The translations under genes were made by a program, and so were the position numbers. From contig JBMFRB010000003.1 in NCBI GenBank assembly GCA_049968255.1, positions 288,998 to 352,997 of the forward strand: 64,000 bases of DNA, in the 5' to 3' direction. The notes beneath the pieces were generated by a model. It saw nothing but the letters and a program-made list of their open reading frames with translations. It was not told the DNA's origin and did not search any database. Source of the DNA: Candidatus Sumerlaeaceae bacterium (lineage in GTDB: Bacteria; Sumerlaeota; Sumerlaeia; Sumerlaeales; Sumerlaeaceae). Below, piece by piece: positions 19,442-29,163 of this stretch. Numbering within the stretch: the stretch's first letter is position 1; each line of letters opens with the position of its first letter.

Positions 19442-22036
19442 TCACTCTGGTGGCTGTGGCTCCGGTCCTTTTTTCCCCCCGCGAATCCAAGCCTGGCGTG
19501 CTAGCAAGTATTGGCGTCGCTTCTCGAGCTCAGTTAGATGTTTTGGCCCGCTCGACGCAGCTACGCCAGCGGGACTCCCCGCCGCGCCATCCGGTTTGTC
19601 ATTAGCCGCGCCCCCCTCTCCACCCACCGGTTTTGCATCTGGCGGCGGAGCCAGGAGCTTTTCGACAAGTACGCGCGCCGCCCCATCGAGCGCACCCGTG
19701 GCGAGCAACTGCTCAAGTCTTTCTTTGAGCGGCGAGCGGCGCGGACCAAGACGCCGCAGAACGTCGACGACCTTTTGCCGCATGACTGGAGTCCCTAACT
19801 GAAGCGCATGAAGCAGCTCAGCGTGGAGGCGTTCTAAGACGGCCGGTGTGACTGGGGCTCTGGCAAAATCCATGAGCGCCGTTGCTGCCGCCGCTGCAAC
19901 AATTGCGTCCTTGTCTATCACGTGTTCGACGATCTTCGGCAACGCTGCGACAGTTTTCTTTTTGGCCAAGCCAGCCATTGCAGCCACACGTCGCGCGCGC
20001 CGTTTCGTCGCCAGCAAAAACCTCGCCTCCAGATCGTGCAGCCATTGCGTTTCCTCGTGCGAGAGCACAGTCGCCGTGGAAATCTCAGCCTGGCCTTCCT
20101 GCGTTTCTGCCGCAGCGCCCGGGAAGACGCCGAACATCCCTTCACCCCCACGTTTCTGCCCCACCTTCATGTAGGCCTGCATGAGGACGTCTGCCGTTTC
20201 TTTTCCAGGGCGAGGAAGTCGGCCACTGCGCACCTCCTCGAAAAGTTCCGCCAGCAGCTCATCAGCTTCCTCGCTAGGGATTTTGCTCACGGCGTAAACA
20301 AGTGCGCTCAGCACTTTGTCGCGCGTGATCTCAGAGCGTTCCTCAGTTCCCGGTTCGAGGATCGTCTCTCGCTGGTAGGGTGTTTTGGGTTTGTCATCGT
20401 GCAGAAACGTATTGGTAATGAGCTGGCGTAGGACGGGTAGCGTGGCGGGATCGGCCAGCTTTGCATAAAGCTCCGCCAGAGCGAGGTAGGCACCGGAAAA
20501 TGTTTTTGCGTGATGCAAAGCCACGCTGTTGATCGTGGCGAGAGCGTGAGGCGCAACACGTTCCAACAGCTCAATGAGCGGCTGGCGGAAGCCTAGAGGC
20601 GCCGTTCTGCCTTGACGCGCCAATTCGGGACGGTCCACGTGCCAAAGCGCTTGTGTGGCAATGGTGGCTGCCCACGTCAATAGCTCGGGATCTAACTTGT
20701 CGAGCGGTCCTTGCAAGAAAGCCAGCGCTGTGCGCATCGCCAACTCGTGATCGCCGGGTGGTAACATTTTCACCACGCGCTTCATAAGCTGCGATCGCTG
20801 CGCACCGTCGAGCGTGCGTGCCGCGCGCCCCAAAGCGTGAAGCACCGCAATCGCATCGCGTCGCGGCGGCCCCGTGAGCACCTTCTCGCGCAAGCATGAC
20901 TGCAGCACCTTCAAGAGCACATCGATTGCTTCTTGTGTGCCGATGCTTCCCAGTGCCGCAAGCGCTTCAGCTCGCACGTCGAGCTGCGGCTCCTCGATCC
21001 ATTTTGCCAACCAGCGCACGCCGGCCGGGTTTCGGAAAAGGCCAATCGTCTCCACAATGGCGGCCGCGATTTTCTTGTTCCAGATGGCCTCAGTCACAAA
21101 GCGCACATAGCTCTCCCACACCGGAGATGCTGCACCAACCTGGGCGAACGTCTTTGTCGCGACAATGCGGGCGGTGCGCCCCAACGACGCGTAAAGCCGT
21201 TGCTCGACACCGGCCAGCGCGCTCGTTGTCGAGAGCTCCTTCGGCACGAATTCCACAAATAGCGCTGTTGCCTCATAATAGCGTTCCCAACGCGGAGAGG
21301 TCAGGCACACAGCAACGATGGCGCGAATGGCCCGCAAAAATCTCTCGAGCTCGTCTTCATTCGGCTCGTGAAGCGCCATGCGATCAGGGAGAAAACGCGC
21401 GAGCTCCACAACTGCTTGGGTGTGCTCGACGCGCATCGCACTGGCCGGCGCCGTCTCGCGTCGATAGGCAGCCGCCCCTGAGCGCTCGTACTCCTCCAGC
21501 ATCGCCACAGCTGCTTGGCCATCGAGCCCTAGTTCGGACGCCGAGCGAGCTAATTGCCGAACAAAACTGGCCGCGCGTTCCTTCTCTGCGACAAGCCCTC
21601 CAAGCAGATTGCCAATCTGCCGCGCGCGCTGCACGCGCTCATCGGGCGTGAATGCCGTGTCGATCAGACTTCGGGCGAGCGCAAATGCACGCTTGAGTTC
21701 ATTTGCCTTTACGGCGCCACGGAACTCGTCCGTCAGGCGCTCATGTGCGATGCGTGCAAGACGCTCCCGCCACTCGTGAAACAGGTCCAAGTCGTGGCGA
21801 AGCGGATCCAGGACAGTATCACCAGCTGGCCCCAGCGCTGGAACTATCTCCTCCTCGAATCGCACGGCCGGCCACACGCGCCACTGATCCCGGTAAAGCT
21901 TGGTCAGCTGCCCAGCGGCTTGCGCTTGATTCGACGCAGCGTGTGGCGAGCGCACAAGCAAGTCCTCGGCGATTGCAAGTGCTTGCGCAATGCGTCCCTC
22001 TTCGAGAGCAATCCAGAGATGTTCCAACGTCGCCAT
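19442..22036 (-). CDS. Large HEAT-repeat protein
   Basis: 864 aa, all-helical, with HEAT-like units such as VRAEALAALGSIG and VAAAAATAL. Confidence 0.75.
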   Translation of the reverse strand: MATLEHLWIALEEGRIAQALAIAEDLLVRSPHAASNQAQAAGQLTKLYRDQWRVWPAVRFEEEIVPALGPAGDTVLDPLRHDLDLFHEWRERLARIAHERLTDEFRGAVKANELKRAFALARSLIDTAFTPDERVQRARQIGNLLGGLVAEKERAASFVRQLARSASELGLDGQAAVAMLEEYERSGAAAYRRETAPASAMRVEHTQAVVELARFLPDRMALHEPNEDELERFLRAIRAIVAVCLTSPRWERYYEATALFVEFVPKELSTTSALAGVEQRLYASLGRTARIVATKTFAQVGAASPVWESYVRFVTEAIWNKKIAAAIVETIGLFRNPAGVRWLAKWIEEPQLDVRAEALAALGSIGTQEAIDVLLKVLQSCLREKVLTGPPRRDAIAVLHALGRAARTLDGAQRSQLMKRVVKMLPPGDHELAMRTALAFLQGPLDKLDPELLTWAATIATQALWHVDRPELARQGRTAPLGFRQPLIELLERVAPHALATINSVALHHAKTFSGAYLALAELYAKLADPATLPVLRQLITNTFLHDDKPKTPYQRETILEPGTEERSEITRDKVLSALVYAVSKIPSEEADELLAELFEEVRSGRLPRPGKETADVLMQAYMKVGQKRGGEGMFGVFPGAAAETQEGQAEISTATVLSHEETQWLHDLEARFLLATKRRARRVAAMAGLAKKKTVAALPKIVEHVIDKDAIVAAAAATALMDFARAPVTPAVLERLHAELLHALQLGTPVMRQKVVDVLRRLGPRRSPLKERLEQLLATGALDGAARVLVEKLLAPPPDAKPVGGEGGAANDKPDGAAGSPAGVAASSGPKHLTELEKRRQYLLARQAWIRGGKKGPEPQPPE

Positions 22037-22161
22037 GTGCTATTCCTGTTCTTTTCTCCGTTGTCCGAAATTACAGAACTGTTGTTGAAATCTCTTGTGG
22101 GCAAGCCCAGACACTAGCTAAGTTGTTCACCGCAAAGATATGACGAAATGGAGACCGCGAC

Positions 22162-22506
22162 ATGGCGGATTGCCTCTTTTGCTCCATCATTGAGGGCAAA
22201 ATTCCCGCGGCGAAAATTTACGAGGATGAGTGGTGCGTGGCTTTCCGCGACATAAAGCCACAGGCGCCGACCCACGTTCTCATCGTGCCGCGCAAACATA
22301 TTCCCACACTCAATGATCTCACGGCTGAGGATGCGGAGCTCGTCGGGCGACTCTTCCTTGCTGCGAAAAAGATCGCGGCCGACGAAGGGGTAGCCCAAGC
22401 AGGCTATCGCACAGTTTTCAATTGTAATGCCGCAGCCGGTCAGGCCGTCTTCCATATTCATCTGCACCTCCTTGGCGGGCGCAACCTTGCCTGGCCCCCC
22501 GGATGA
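22162..22506 (+). CDS. hinT: Histidine triad nucleotide-binding protein
   Basis: DCLFCSI, PQAPTHVL, GQAVFHIHLHLLGGR, WPPG. Confidence 0.93.
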   Translation: MADCLFCSIIEGKIPAAKIYEDEWCVAFRDIKPQAPTHVLIVPRKHIPTLNDLTAEDAELVGRLFLAAKKIAADEGVAQAGYRTVFNCNAAAGQAVFHIHLHLLGGRNLAWPPG

Positions 22507-24704
22507 TGCTACCTCATTTGGTTCCAAAGAAAGGTGATCTTAGGACACGAGATAACCGGCACGCGGCTGCCGCGATTGTTTTGCTCGCCGTTGCGCTCGT
22601 TTTAGTCAGTTCCTCGGGGCCACCAGCGTTGTCCTTTCTCATCCAGCGGATCGAGCAGATTGCCATTGCCGCTTGGGTGCCAGTGGCAATTCTGACCGTG
22701 GCAGGCATCGCGGGGCTAACCTTGGTCCCGCGCGAGGCCGCACGCTGGCTAACAGGCGTCGAATGCCTCATTTTTGGGGCTCTCGCCGTTCTCAGCGGAC
22801 TTTCCATCCTCACAATCCTCGCAGGGATTTTTGGTCATCCTTCCCGCGAAGGAATGCTCGTCATGCTTGCCGCAATCGGCGGCTGGGGAATTTGGCGATG
22901 GAAGCGAAGGGGCGGGGTGGGAGGTGGGCAGATTCCTTGGGCGGGCGAACCTTGGAGTCGCTCTGCAAGCCTGCTCTTTGCTTTATTCTTGCTTGCTCTT
23001 GTCCCTGTTGTGACAAGCGCGTTTGCACCGCCTCTCCTTTACGACGTCACGGAGTATCACCTCGGCGCCTTCTGCGATTACTTTCGTTTCGACAAGCTGC
23101 ACTTTTACCCCATGCACCACAACTTTTACGCGCGCTTCCCCTTCCCCGTAGAGGCGCTTTATTACCTCGGTCTCGTTTTGGAGCATCCCCAGGATTTCGC
23201 GCCGAAACTTCTGAATCTGGTGAGCGTTGGGGGATTGCTTGCCTTGTCGTGGCAGTGGCTAAGGCGATGGGGCGTGCGGCGGGTCTTCCGATTCCTTGCT
23301 GTGTTGGTAATCCTTTGCCATCCCGTTCTCCTCGAAGTCTCCCTTGATGCTTATATTGACGCGCCTGTTGCGCTACTGGTTCTCACAGCGCTCTACGGAC
23401 TTGAGCTTGCGATCACTGCCGATTTGCTTCGGACGCAAGCGTCCGCAGGTCTCAGCCTCCTGCCGCTCATTGCATGGATTGCCGGCACAGCTTGCGTTAG
23501 CAAATACACGGCGGCACAATTCTATGGCATTCCCGTCGCGCTGATCTATGCTCTCCCGCTTTGGAAAATGCGAAGGGCTTTTTCCGGGCGGCAAATCGTC
23601 ACGACACTCATTTGTTTTTTCTTGCCCATCGTGGTGTGGCTCGGGAAAAACGTTTATTTTTACGGCAACCCGCTCGAACCTTTTTTTACTTGGCTTTTTT
23701 CGCGCAACGATCCGGCGGCAGTTGCGCGTGAAAAATTTTACATTGAATCGCACTATCCACAGCCGCCATGGACGTTGGGTTACTGGGCCACCCTTTTGCC
23801 TCGTTTTGATGCCGTCGGCTGGCTTATCGCAGCTCCGCTTGTCGGTCTTCCACTGGTACGTCGGCGCCCCGACGTCGGACGCCTCTTGGGCGTATGCGTT
23901 GGGAGCTATCTTTTATGGAACGGTATTCGCTACAGTCAGGACCGTTTTCTCCTGCCAACAATTATTCTTGTTATCATCCTGTCAGTCTCTGTTTTGAATG
24001 AACTCCCGACTGCTCTCAGTCGAGGGGTCGGAGCTGGGACGTTCCTCCTCGTGGCAATGTGCGGAATCATCCCTCACACCATCCGCGTGGCGGGAGGGGG
24101 AGAATTCGGCTATCTGGGAGATTTCGTGGCGATGCCCGCGAGCGACAACGCTCCTTACCGAACCGCTTTCTACGAAAAGAACCTTGGCGCACTTGGCAAG
24201 GCCCTAACGTCCATGGATCGGGCAGGGATTCGAGGGCAGTCCGTTCTCCTGATTTACGAAGCCCGTCCGTACCTTTTTCGCCACATGCCCGCTGTGTACA
24301 ACACGGTGTTCGACGAAAGCGAACTCCTGCGTCTTGCGGGTGGAGCCCGCTCAGCCGACGAGGTTACATCTGCGCTCTATGCAGCTGGCATTCGCTGGGT
24401 TTTGGTAAATATGGAGGAGCTACGCCGCTTTATCGATCAGTACGCCCGCCCCGACCAATTGCGCCAGCGGGGCATCCGCCAGCCGATGCGCGAATTCTCC
24501 CGGATTAAGGACCCTGAGGATCTCTACCCGCCTTTCTATCGCTCGCCGGATTGGCCCAGCATGCGCGAACCTGTGCTAGCCTGGCTTCGTGGTCTGCGAG
24601 CGAAAGCCGTAGTGATCGAGGGAAGTGAGATCGCGCCCGTGTTCATCGCGCCACTCGAGCCGCCACCAATCCGCGAGAAACTCGTCAGGGCCGAGCGTCG
24701 CTAA
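22503..24704 (+). CDS. Polytopic membrane protein, GT-C/PMT-like glycosyltransferase
   Basis: More than 12 TM segments, with YDVTEYHL, YID, KYT, GNPLEP and RFLLP motifs. ATGA overlap with hinT. Confidence 0.65.
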   Translation: MMLPHLVPKKGDLRTRDNRHAAAAIVLLAVALVLVSSSGPPALSFLIQRIEQIAIAAWVPVAILTVAGIAGLTLVPREAARWLTGVECLIFGALAVLSGLSILTILAGIFGHPSREGMLVMLAAIGGWGIWRWKRRGGVGGGQIPWAGEPWSRSASLLFALFLLALVPVVTSAFAPPLLYDVTEYHLGAFCDYFRFDKLHFYPMHHNFYARFPFPVEALYYLGLVLEHPQDFAPKLLNLVSVGGLLALSWQWLRRWGVRRVFRFLAVLVILCHPVLLEVSLDAYIDAPVALLVLTALYGLELAITADLLRTQASAGLSLLPLIAWIAGTACVSKYTAAQFYGIPVALIYALPLWKMRRAFSGRQIVTTLICFFLPIVVWLGKNVYFYGNPLEPFFTWLFSRNDPAAVAREKFYIESHYPQPPWTLGYWATLLPRFDAVGWLIAAPLVGLPLVRRRPDVGRLLGVCVGSYLLWNGIRYSQDRFLLPTIILVIILSVSVLNELPTALSRGVGAGTFLLVAMCGIIPHTIRVAGGGEFGYLGDFVAMPASDNAPYRTAFYEKNLGALGKALTSMDRAGIRGQSVLLIYEARPYLFRHMPAVYNTVFDESELLRLAGGARSADEVTSALYAAGIRWVLVNMEELRRFIDQYARPDQLRQRGIRQPMREFSRIKDPEDLYPPFYRSPDWPSMREPVLAWLRGLRAKAVVIEGSEIAPVFIAPLEPPPIREKLVRAERR

Positions 24705-24788
24705 TCGCTTGATTTCCCTCGCCATGGCGGCATAGACCAACTGCTCAGAAGTTAGAGCAAATCACGGCATGACATAGAAGGGCCTGTC

Positions 24789-25109
24789 ATGATCATTACA
24801 ACCACCCCGACCATTGAAGGGAAAACGATTGTGGATTATCGCGGAATAGTGACGGGCGATGCCGTCATGGGGGCCAATGTGTTGCGCGATATTGCTGCCT
24901 CGCTTCGCGATATTTTTGGCGGACGAGCGAAAGCTTACGAGGACGTTTTCGGCGAAGCCCGCGAGGAAGCCTTGCGCGAAATGGCCCACCAGGCGGAGCT
25001 GCTCGGTGCTAATGCGGTGGTCGGTGTGGATATTGATTATGAAACCCTGGGACCTAAAGGCTCAATCCTCATGGTCTCGGTCACGGGCACGGCCGTTGTC
25101 GTCCGTTAG
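24789..25109 (+). CDS. YbjQ/UPF0145 family protein
   Basis: [38 protein letters not shown]. Confidence 0.92.
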   Translation: MIITTTPTIEGKTIVDYRGIVTGDAVMGANVLRDIAASLRDIFGGRAKAYEDVFGEAREEALREMAHQAELLGANAVVGVDIDYETLGPKGSILMVSVTGTAVVVR

Positions 25110-25365
25110 CTCCCCTCACTGTTGAATCGACCAGGCCAGAGAATCTTTGACCATTCGCGTCGAAGGACGCATAACGGACGGAAAGAAAACAACCAAGGTT
25201 TTGTGGGGGGCACGCAACACTCAACGGTGCACACTGTCGGCTTGGACTTAGCATCAAGCATCGCATTGTTCATCGACCCCTTGCCTAAGCGAAAGGAATG
25301 GGCACCCTTGAGTCCAAGCCCCGCGCTGCGGAGCAACGTGCTGTTGCCCTCGGGGAAAAACAACG

Positions 25366-25441
25366 TGGTGGAGGCAAGGGGATTCGAACCCCTGACCCTC
25401 AGACTGCCAGCCTGATGCTCTCCCAACTGAGCTATGCCCCC
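25366..25441 (-). tRNA. tRNA-Ala (GGC)
   Basis: Reverse complement GGGGGCATAGCTCAGTTGGGAGAGC..TCAGG-CTGGCAG-TCTGA..GTTCGAATCC..TGCCTCCACCA. G3:U70 Ala identity pair present. Confidence 0.96.
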
Positions 25442-25773
25442 ACCATGAGGTGGTTGGCCTGTGATCTCACTTTCGAGTGCACAGGCCAGCAATGTTTACA
25501 CGGCATGGCAATGATTATTCCGTTTTCTTCTCGCTGGGCGAATTGCTGGGCATGCGCGCGGCGGGCACCTCCGTCCGAGCACGGCAGCACCGCAGAGGAG
25601 TCCAGCTATCCGCACCATCCAGGGCGTACGCTTCATCAGGCCTCCGGGCCATTCACACCTGCAACTTGCCATTCCCCTTTTCTTATTGCGAAAGATTGTT
25701 TCTCTGCACCAAAAGCTCTTAGCGGACGCGCTACCTGCGCGATTTGCACCATGACGATGAGACGGTAACAGCA

Positions 25774-26892
25774 ATGGCACAGCAGCAAACGAATTGGTAT
25801 CTGGAGGGAGCTCTTACCGAAGACGGGCCCGTCACGCGATTCAATGTGAGAGAAAAACCGGTCATGGTTGGCCGGCAAGCAGGGATGGATCTCGTCCTGC
25901 GCAACGACGGAGTGTCGCGCCGCCACGCCCAACTCTACGTGGAAGGCGACTGCCTCTGGATTCGCGACCTAGGCAGCAGCAATGGCACCTTTGTCAATCG
26001 TCAGCGCATCAGCGAACCGACGGCGCTGCGCGCCGGCGACGTCGTCCATTTTGCTGGAATCGAATTTATTGTCGGCTGCGACGAAAACATTCATTCCTCG
26101 TCCGGCCTCGACACGCTTGCCATGTCCAGCATCTTGCCCGAGAACTATCCCACGGTTAGCGCGCGCCTCGTCGAGATGATCCGCGACGTGCGGGTCCACT
26201 GCCACTACGAGCCAATTGTGATGGCTGGCACACAGCAGGTGTGGGCGTACGAAGCTTTGGGGCGTGGTGCGCTCGACGGCTTACCCGAGTCGCCACTCGA
26301 ACTCTTCGCCCTCGCCGCGCCGCTGGGACTTCAGGCAGAGCTTAGTCGCGTCTTCCGCACGGTGAGCATTCGCGAGGTGCCCTCCCTTACGCCTGAGGGC
26401 GGCCTTTTTCTCAATATCCATCCTGCAGAGATGGAGGATACAGCCACGCTTGTCGCCTCTCTGCGTGCGGTGCGCTCTCTTGCGCCTAGTTTGCCGCTCG
26501 TTGTGGAAATTCCAGAAATGCTCGTCACGAATGATGCTGCTCTGTCAGCCCTCCGTGAGCGTTTGGGAGAGCTCAACATCCAGCTCGCTTACGACGATTT
26601 TGGCGCCGGCCAGGCGCGTCTTGTCGAGCTGACCCGCGTGCCGCCTGAGTATCTCAAATTCGATAAGGTGCTGGTGGGTGATCTTGCCAAACCTGGTCTG
26701 CGGGTGCGTACTATCTTGGAGATGCTCATCACCTTCGCGCACGATCTGGGCGTGAAATGTGTGGCCGAAGGAGTCGCCAGCCATGAGGTCGCCGCAGCCG
26801 CTTGTGATGTAGGATTTGACCTCCTCCAAGGCCACTTTTTCAGCAAGGCGTCCGCACTTTCTACGGTCACACCGCTACAGCCGTTTGGCTAG
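25774..26892 (+). CDS. FHA + EAL domain c-di-GMP phosphodiesterase
   Basis: FHA: VGR, VSRRHA, DLGSSNGTFVN. EAL: YEAL, FLNI, VVEI, YDDFGAG, LKFD, AEGV, LQG. Confidence 0.9.
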   Translation: MAQQQTNWYLEGALTEDGPVTRFNVREKPVMVGRQAGMDLVLRNDGVSRRHAQLYVEGDCLWIRDLGSSNGTFVNRQRISEPTALRAGDVVHFAGIEFIVGCDENIHSSSGLDTLAMSSILPENYPTVSARLVEMIRDVRVHCHYEPIVMAGTQQVWAYEALGRGALDGLPESPLELFALAAPLGLQAELSRVFRTVSIREVPSLTPEGGLFLNIHPAEMEDTATLVASLRAVRSLAPSLPLVVEIPEMLVTNDAALSALRERLGELNIQLAYDDFGAGQARLVELTRVPPEYLKFDKVLVGDLAKPGLRVRTILEMLITFAHDLGVKCVAEGVASHEVAAAACDVGFDLLQGHFFSKASALSTVTPLQPFG

Positions 26893-26914
26893 CGGCGGCG
26901 CATTGAGCCGCCTA

Positions 26915-27781
26915 TCAGTGCGCTGCTTTCAGCGACTGCTTCGCAAATCCTTCTGGAATTTCGATCGTCGCGAGTTCGGGCGAGCGCGGCTGGTCGAGCC
27001 GCACCTCGCTTAGGCGCACAAGAAAGGCTCCACCCTTCGCGTTTTCAATGGCGAACTCCACAGGCACGACTGAGTTTCCGTCCGCCACTTGTTCGTAAGC
27101 CCAGAAACGGATTTCGCCCATTTTGCGGCGCCCCTGCCACATCGTCAGGCGCTCAACAAGCAGATCGCGCCGGCGCACGACAAATTCTTGTTCGCGCATT
27201 TGCCGCTCGTTGCGAAACCAAAAGTGAAGGCGGTCGCGAGCAGGATAGAACTCAGCCGGATCACTCTCGAGTCGGCGAAGCAACAAAGCCTCCACGTCCA
27301 CAGCGTCGAACACTTGCGTGGGCGCCATCCCGCCCAGAATTTCTGGTGCACGTTCGAGCTCAGCCAGCGGGCCTGTCACCACCATTTTCTCGGGGATGAT
27401 CACAGCAGTCGCGAACCCATCTTTTACCAGCAAATCGAACACTCCAGCACCGCTTTGGCTAGCGCGAACACGCAAAAAATCAGGTGGATCGACATAAGCT
27501 AAGGCATCGAAGCGCTGGCGCGGCGAGCGACGGCCGCCTCTCCCGATAAAAATCTCAGCACGTGCTCGCAGGCCCCGAATAGCACGAGCACGCTTCGCCA
27601 ACACGTCGCGCACGTCGTGTGGCGAGCGAATCTCTCCCTTCACGGGAGCGAGAGGCGAGCGAAATTCGAGGTCGTAATCTGGTCGGCCCTGGCGTGCTGT
27701 CAGCCCTTGGCAACCGCTGAAAAGGGCAACAGCGAAAAGCAACCACAACAGACTCGCGGCAAGGCGCGTCCGCTTAGCCAC
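26915..27781 (-). CDS. Putative lipoprotein (LolA/LolB-like or DUF4292-like fold)
   Basis: GTG start overlapping the hpt stop, lipobox FSGC, beta-rich body. Confidence 0.6.
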   Translation of the reverse strand: MAKRTRLAASLLWLLFAVALFSGCQGLTARQGRPDYDLEFRSPLAPVKGEIRSPHDVRDVLAKRARAIRGLRARAEIFIGRGGRRSPRQRFDALAYVDPPDFLRVRASQSGAGVFDLLVKDGFATAVIIPEKMVVTGPLAELERAPEILGGMAPTQVFDAVDVEALLLRRLESDPAEFYPARDRLHFWFRNERQMREQEFVVRRRDLLVERLTMWQGRRKMGEIRFWAYEQVADGNSVVPVEFAIENAKGGAFLVRLSEVRLDQPRSPELATIEIPEGFAKQSLKAAH

Positions 27782-28349
27782 CGTAGATCTCCGGCTTGAG
27801 CACGCCGATGCACGACAGATTGCGATAGCGCTCGCCGTAATCCAAACCGTAGCCGACGACAAAATCGTCTGGAATCTCGAAGCCGACGTATCGCAACGGT
27901 TGACGCAACTCGCGCTCGCGCACGCGCCGCTTGTTCAGCAGACAGCAGATCTCCAGACTTGCGGGCCCCTGGATACGCAAGAGCTCGCACACCACGTTGA
28001 GCGTGTGGCCCGTATCCAGGATATCCTCGACAATCAGCACGTGCTTACCGCGCAGATCAAGCTCAGCATCCTTCGTGATAATGACTTTGCCAGACGAGCT
28101 CGCCCCGCCGCGATAGCTCGACGCTCCAACGAGATCAAAAGCATGCGGAATCGTGATCGAGCGCATGAGATCGCTCAGAAACACAATTCCCCCCTTGAGT
28201 ATGCTGATGAGAACCAAGGGTTTGCCGCGGTAATCCTCAGAAATCTGCCGGCCAAGCTCGGCCACGCGTTTCGCAATCTCCTCGCGTGTGAAAAGCACGC
28301 GTTCAAGATCCTGGTACAGCTCGTTTTCGTGATCGGACGGAAAATGCAA
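27774..28349 (-). CDS. hpt: Hypoxanthine phosphoribosyltransferase
   Basis: ILKGG, SSY, LIVEDILDTGHTL, FVVGYGLDY..YRNL. TTG start after GGAGG. Confidence 0.95.
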   Translation of the reverse strand: MHFPSDHENELYQDLERVLFTREEIAKRVAELGRQISEDYRGKPLVLISILKGGIVFLSDLMRSITIPHAFDLVGASSYRGGASSSGKVIITKDAELDLRGKHVLIVEDILDTGHTLNVVCELLRIQGPASLEICCLLNKRRVRERELRQPLRYVGFEIPDDFVVGYGLDYGERYRNLSCIGVLKPEIYGG

Positions 28350-28519
28350 GGCGATCCTCCGGAATGAAAGCTTGTTTTCTCGGACAACGATTATCAGCGT
28401 CGCTTGGCGCAGCCGATGCGCAACAAAAAACCAGCCCCCTGGTAGTTTACTCAAGAAAAGCGCTCACGACCGACGTTTTATCCAGAGCTCTTGGCCATGG
28501 GCCAGAAGGACATGGAGAA

Positions 28520-29050
28520 ATGAAAATGCAGCGATTACACAAATGGCTGGCAACAGCCCTGCTCGTGGCATTACCGACCCTCGTGCTGGCTCAGCTTACC
28601 GAGATCGGCGGCATCGGCAATATCTTCGAAAAACGTGCCTCGTCGAAGACCGAGACGAAGAAAAACACCAGAGCCACGCCGACGCCGAAAGCAAGTCCGA
28701 CGCCCCCCGCGCAAGGTCAGCGTGCGCAAGGGGCACCCCAACCTGGCCAACCTGGCACCGTAAAACCAGGCCAGCCAAGGTCGGTTCCTGCTCAGGGACA
28801 AGCGCAAGCAAAACCAGCAGCCAAACCCGGCAGCGGCGCAGTGCAGGCGCCAGCCAACACAGGCCAGCTCCGCATCGTCACGAAGGATTTGGCCGAATCG
28901 GTAAAAACTCGCCTCGTCGAATATGACGAGGATGCCTTACGCACGTCCGGAACAGCTATCATTTTAAGTCCCCGGCGTTACAAGCCGGAACTCTCCTCTG
29001 AGAGACAGAGCGGAAACTCCTCAAACCTGCGCAGCGTCTCGGGTTTGTAA
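28520..29050 (+). CDS. Secreted low-complexity (P/Q/A/T/K) hypothetical protein
   Basis: GGAG RBS, signal peptide ending VLA, disordered linker, small C-terminal domain. Confidence 0.7.
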   Translation: MKMQRLHKWLATALLVALPTLVLAQLTEIGGIGNIFEKRASSKTETKKNTRATPTPKASPTPPAQGQRAQGAPQPGQPGTVKPGQPRSVPAQGQAQAKPAAKPGSGAVQAPANTGQLRIVTKDLAESVKTRLVEYDEDALRTSGTAIILSPRRYKPELSSERQSGNSSNLRSVSGL

Positions 29051-29163
29051 ACAAGTCAATATGTAATCCCTTCCGGCACGGGTGCACAAATCTATCTCAC
29101 ACACGGTGCCCTGCAGCTTTGCCCCACCCAACGAACAGCTTACGCTTGCGACAACCCCGCGCC

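Noticed and set aside
25110-25441. tRNA-Ala (and tRNA-Gly) as integration sites
   Set aside because: No integrase, no duplicated tRNA 3' end noticed, and flanking genes look like core genes.
28670-28860. Short repeats in the P/Q-rich secreted protein
   Set aside because: Coding low-complexity sequence, not a CRISPR or DNA repeat array.
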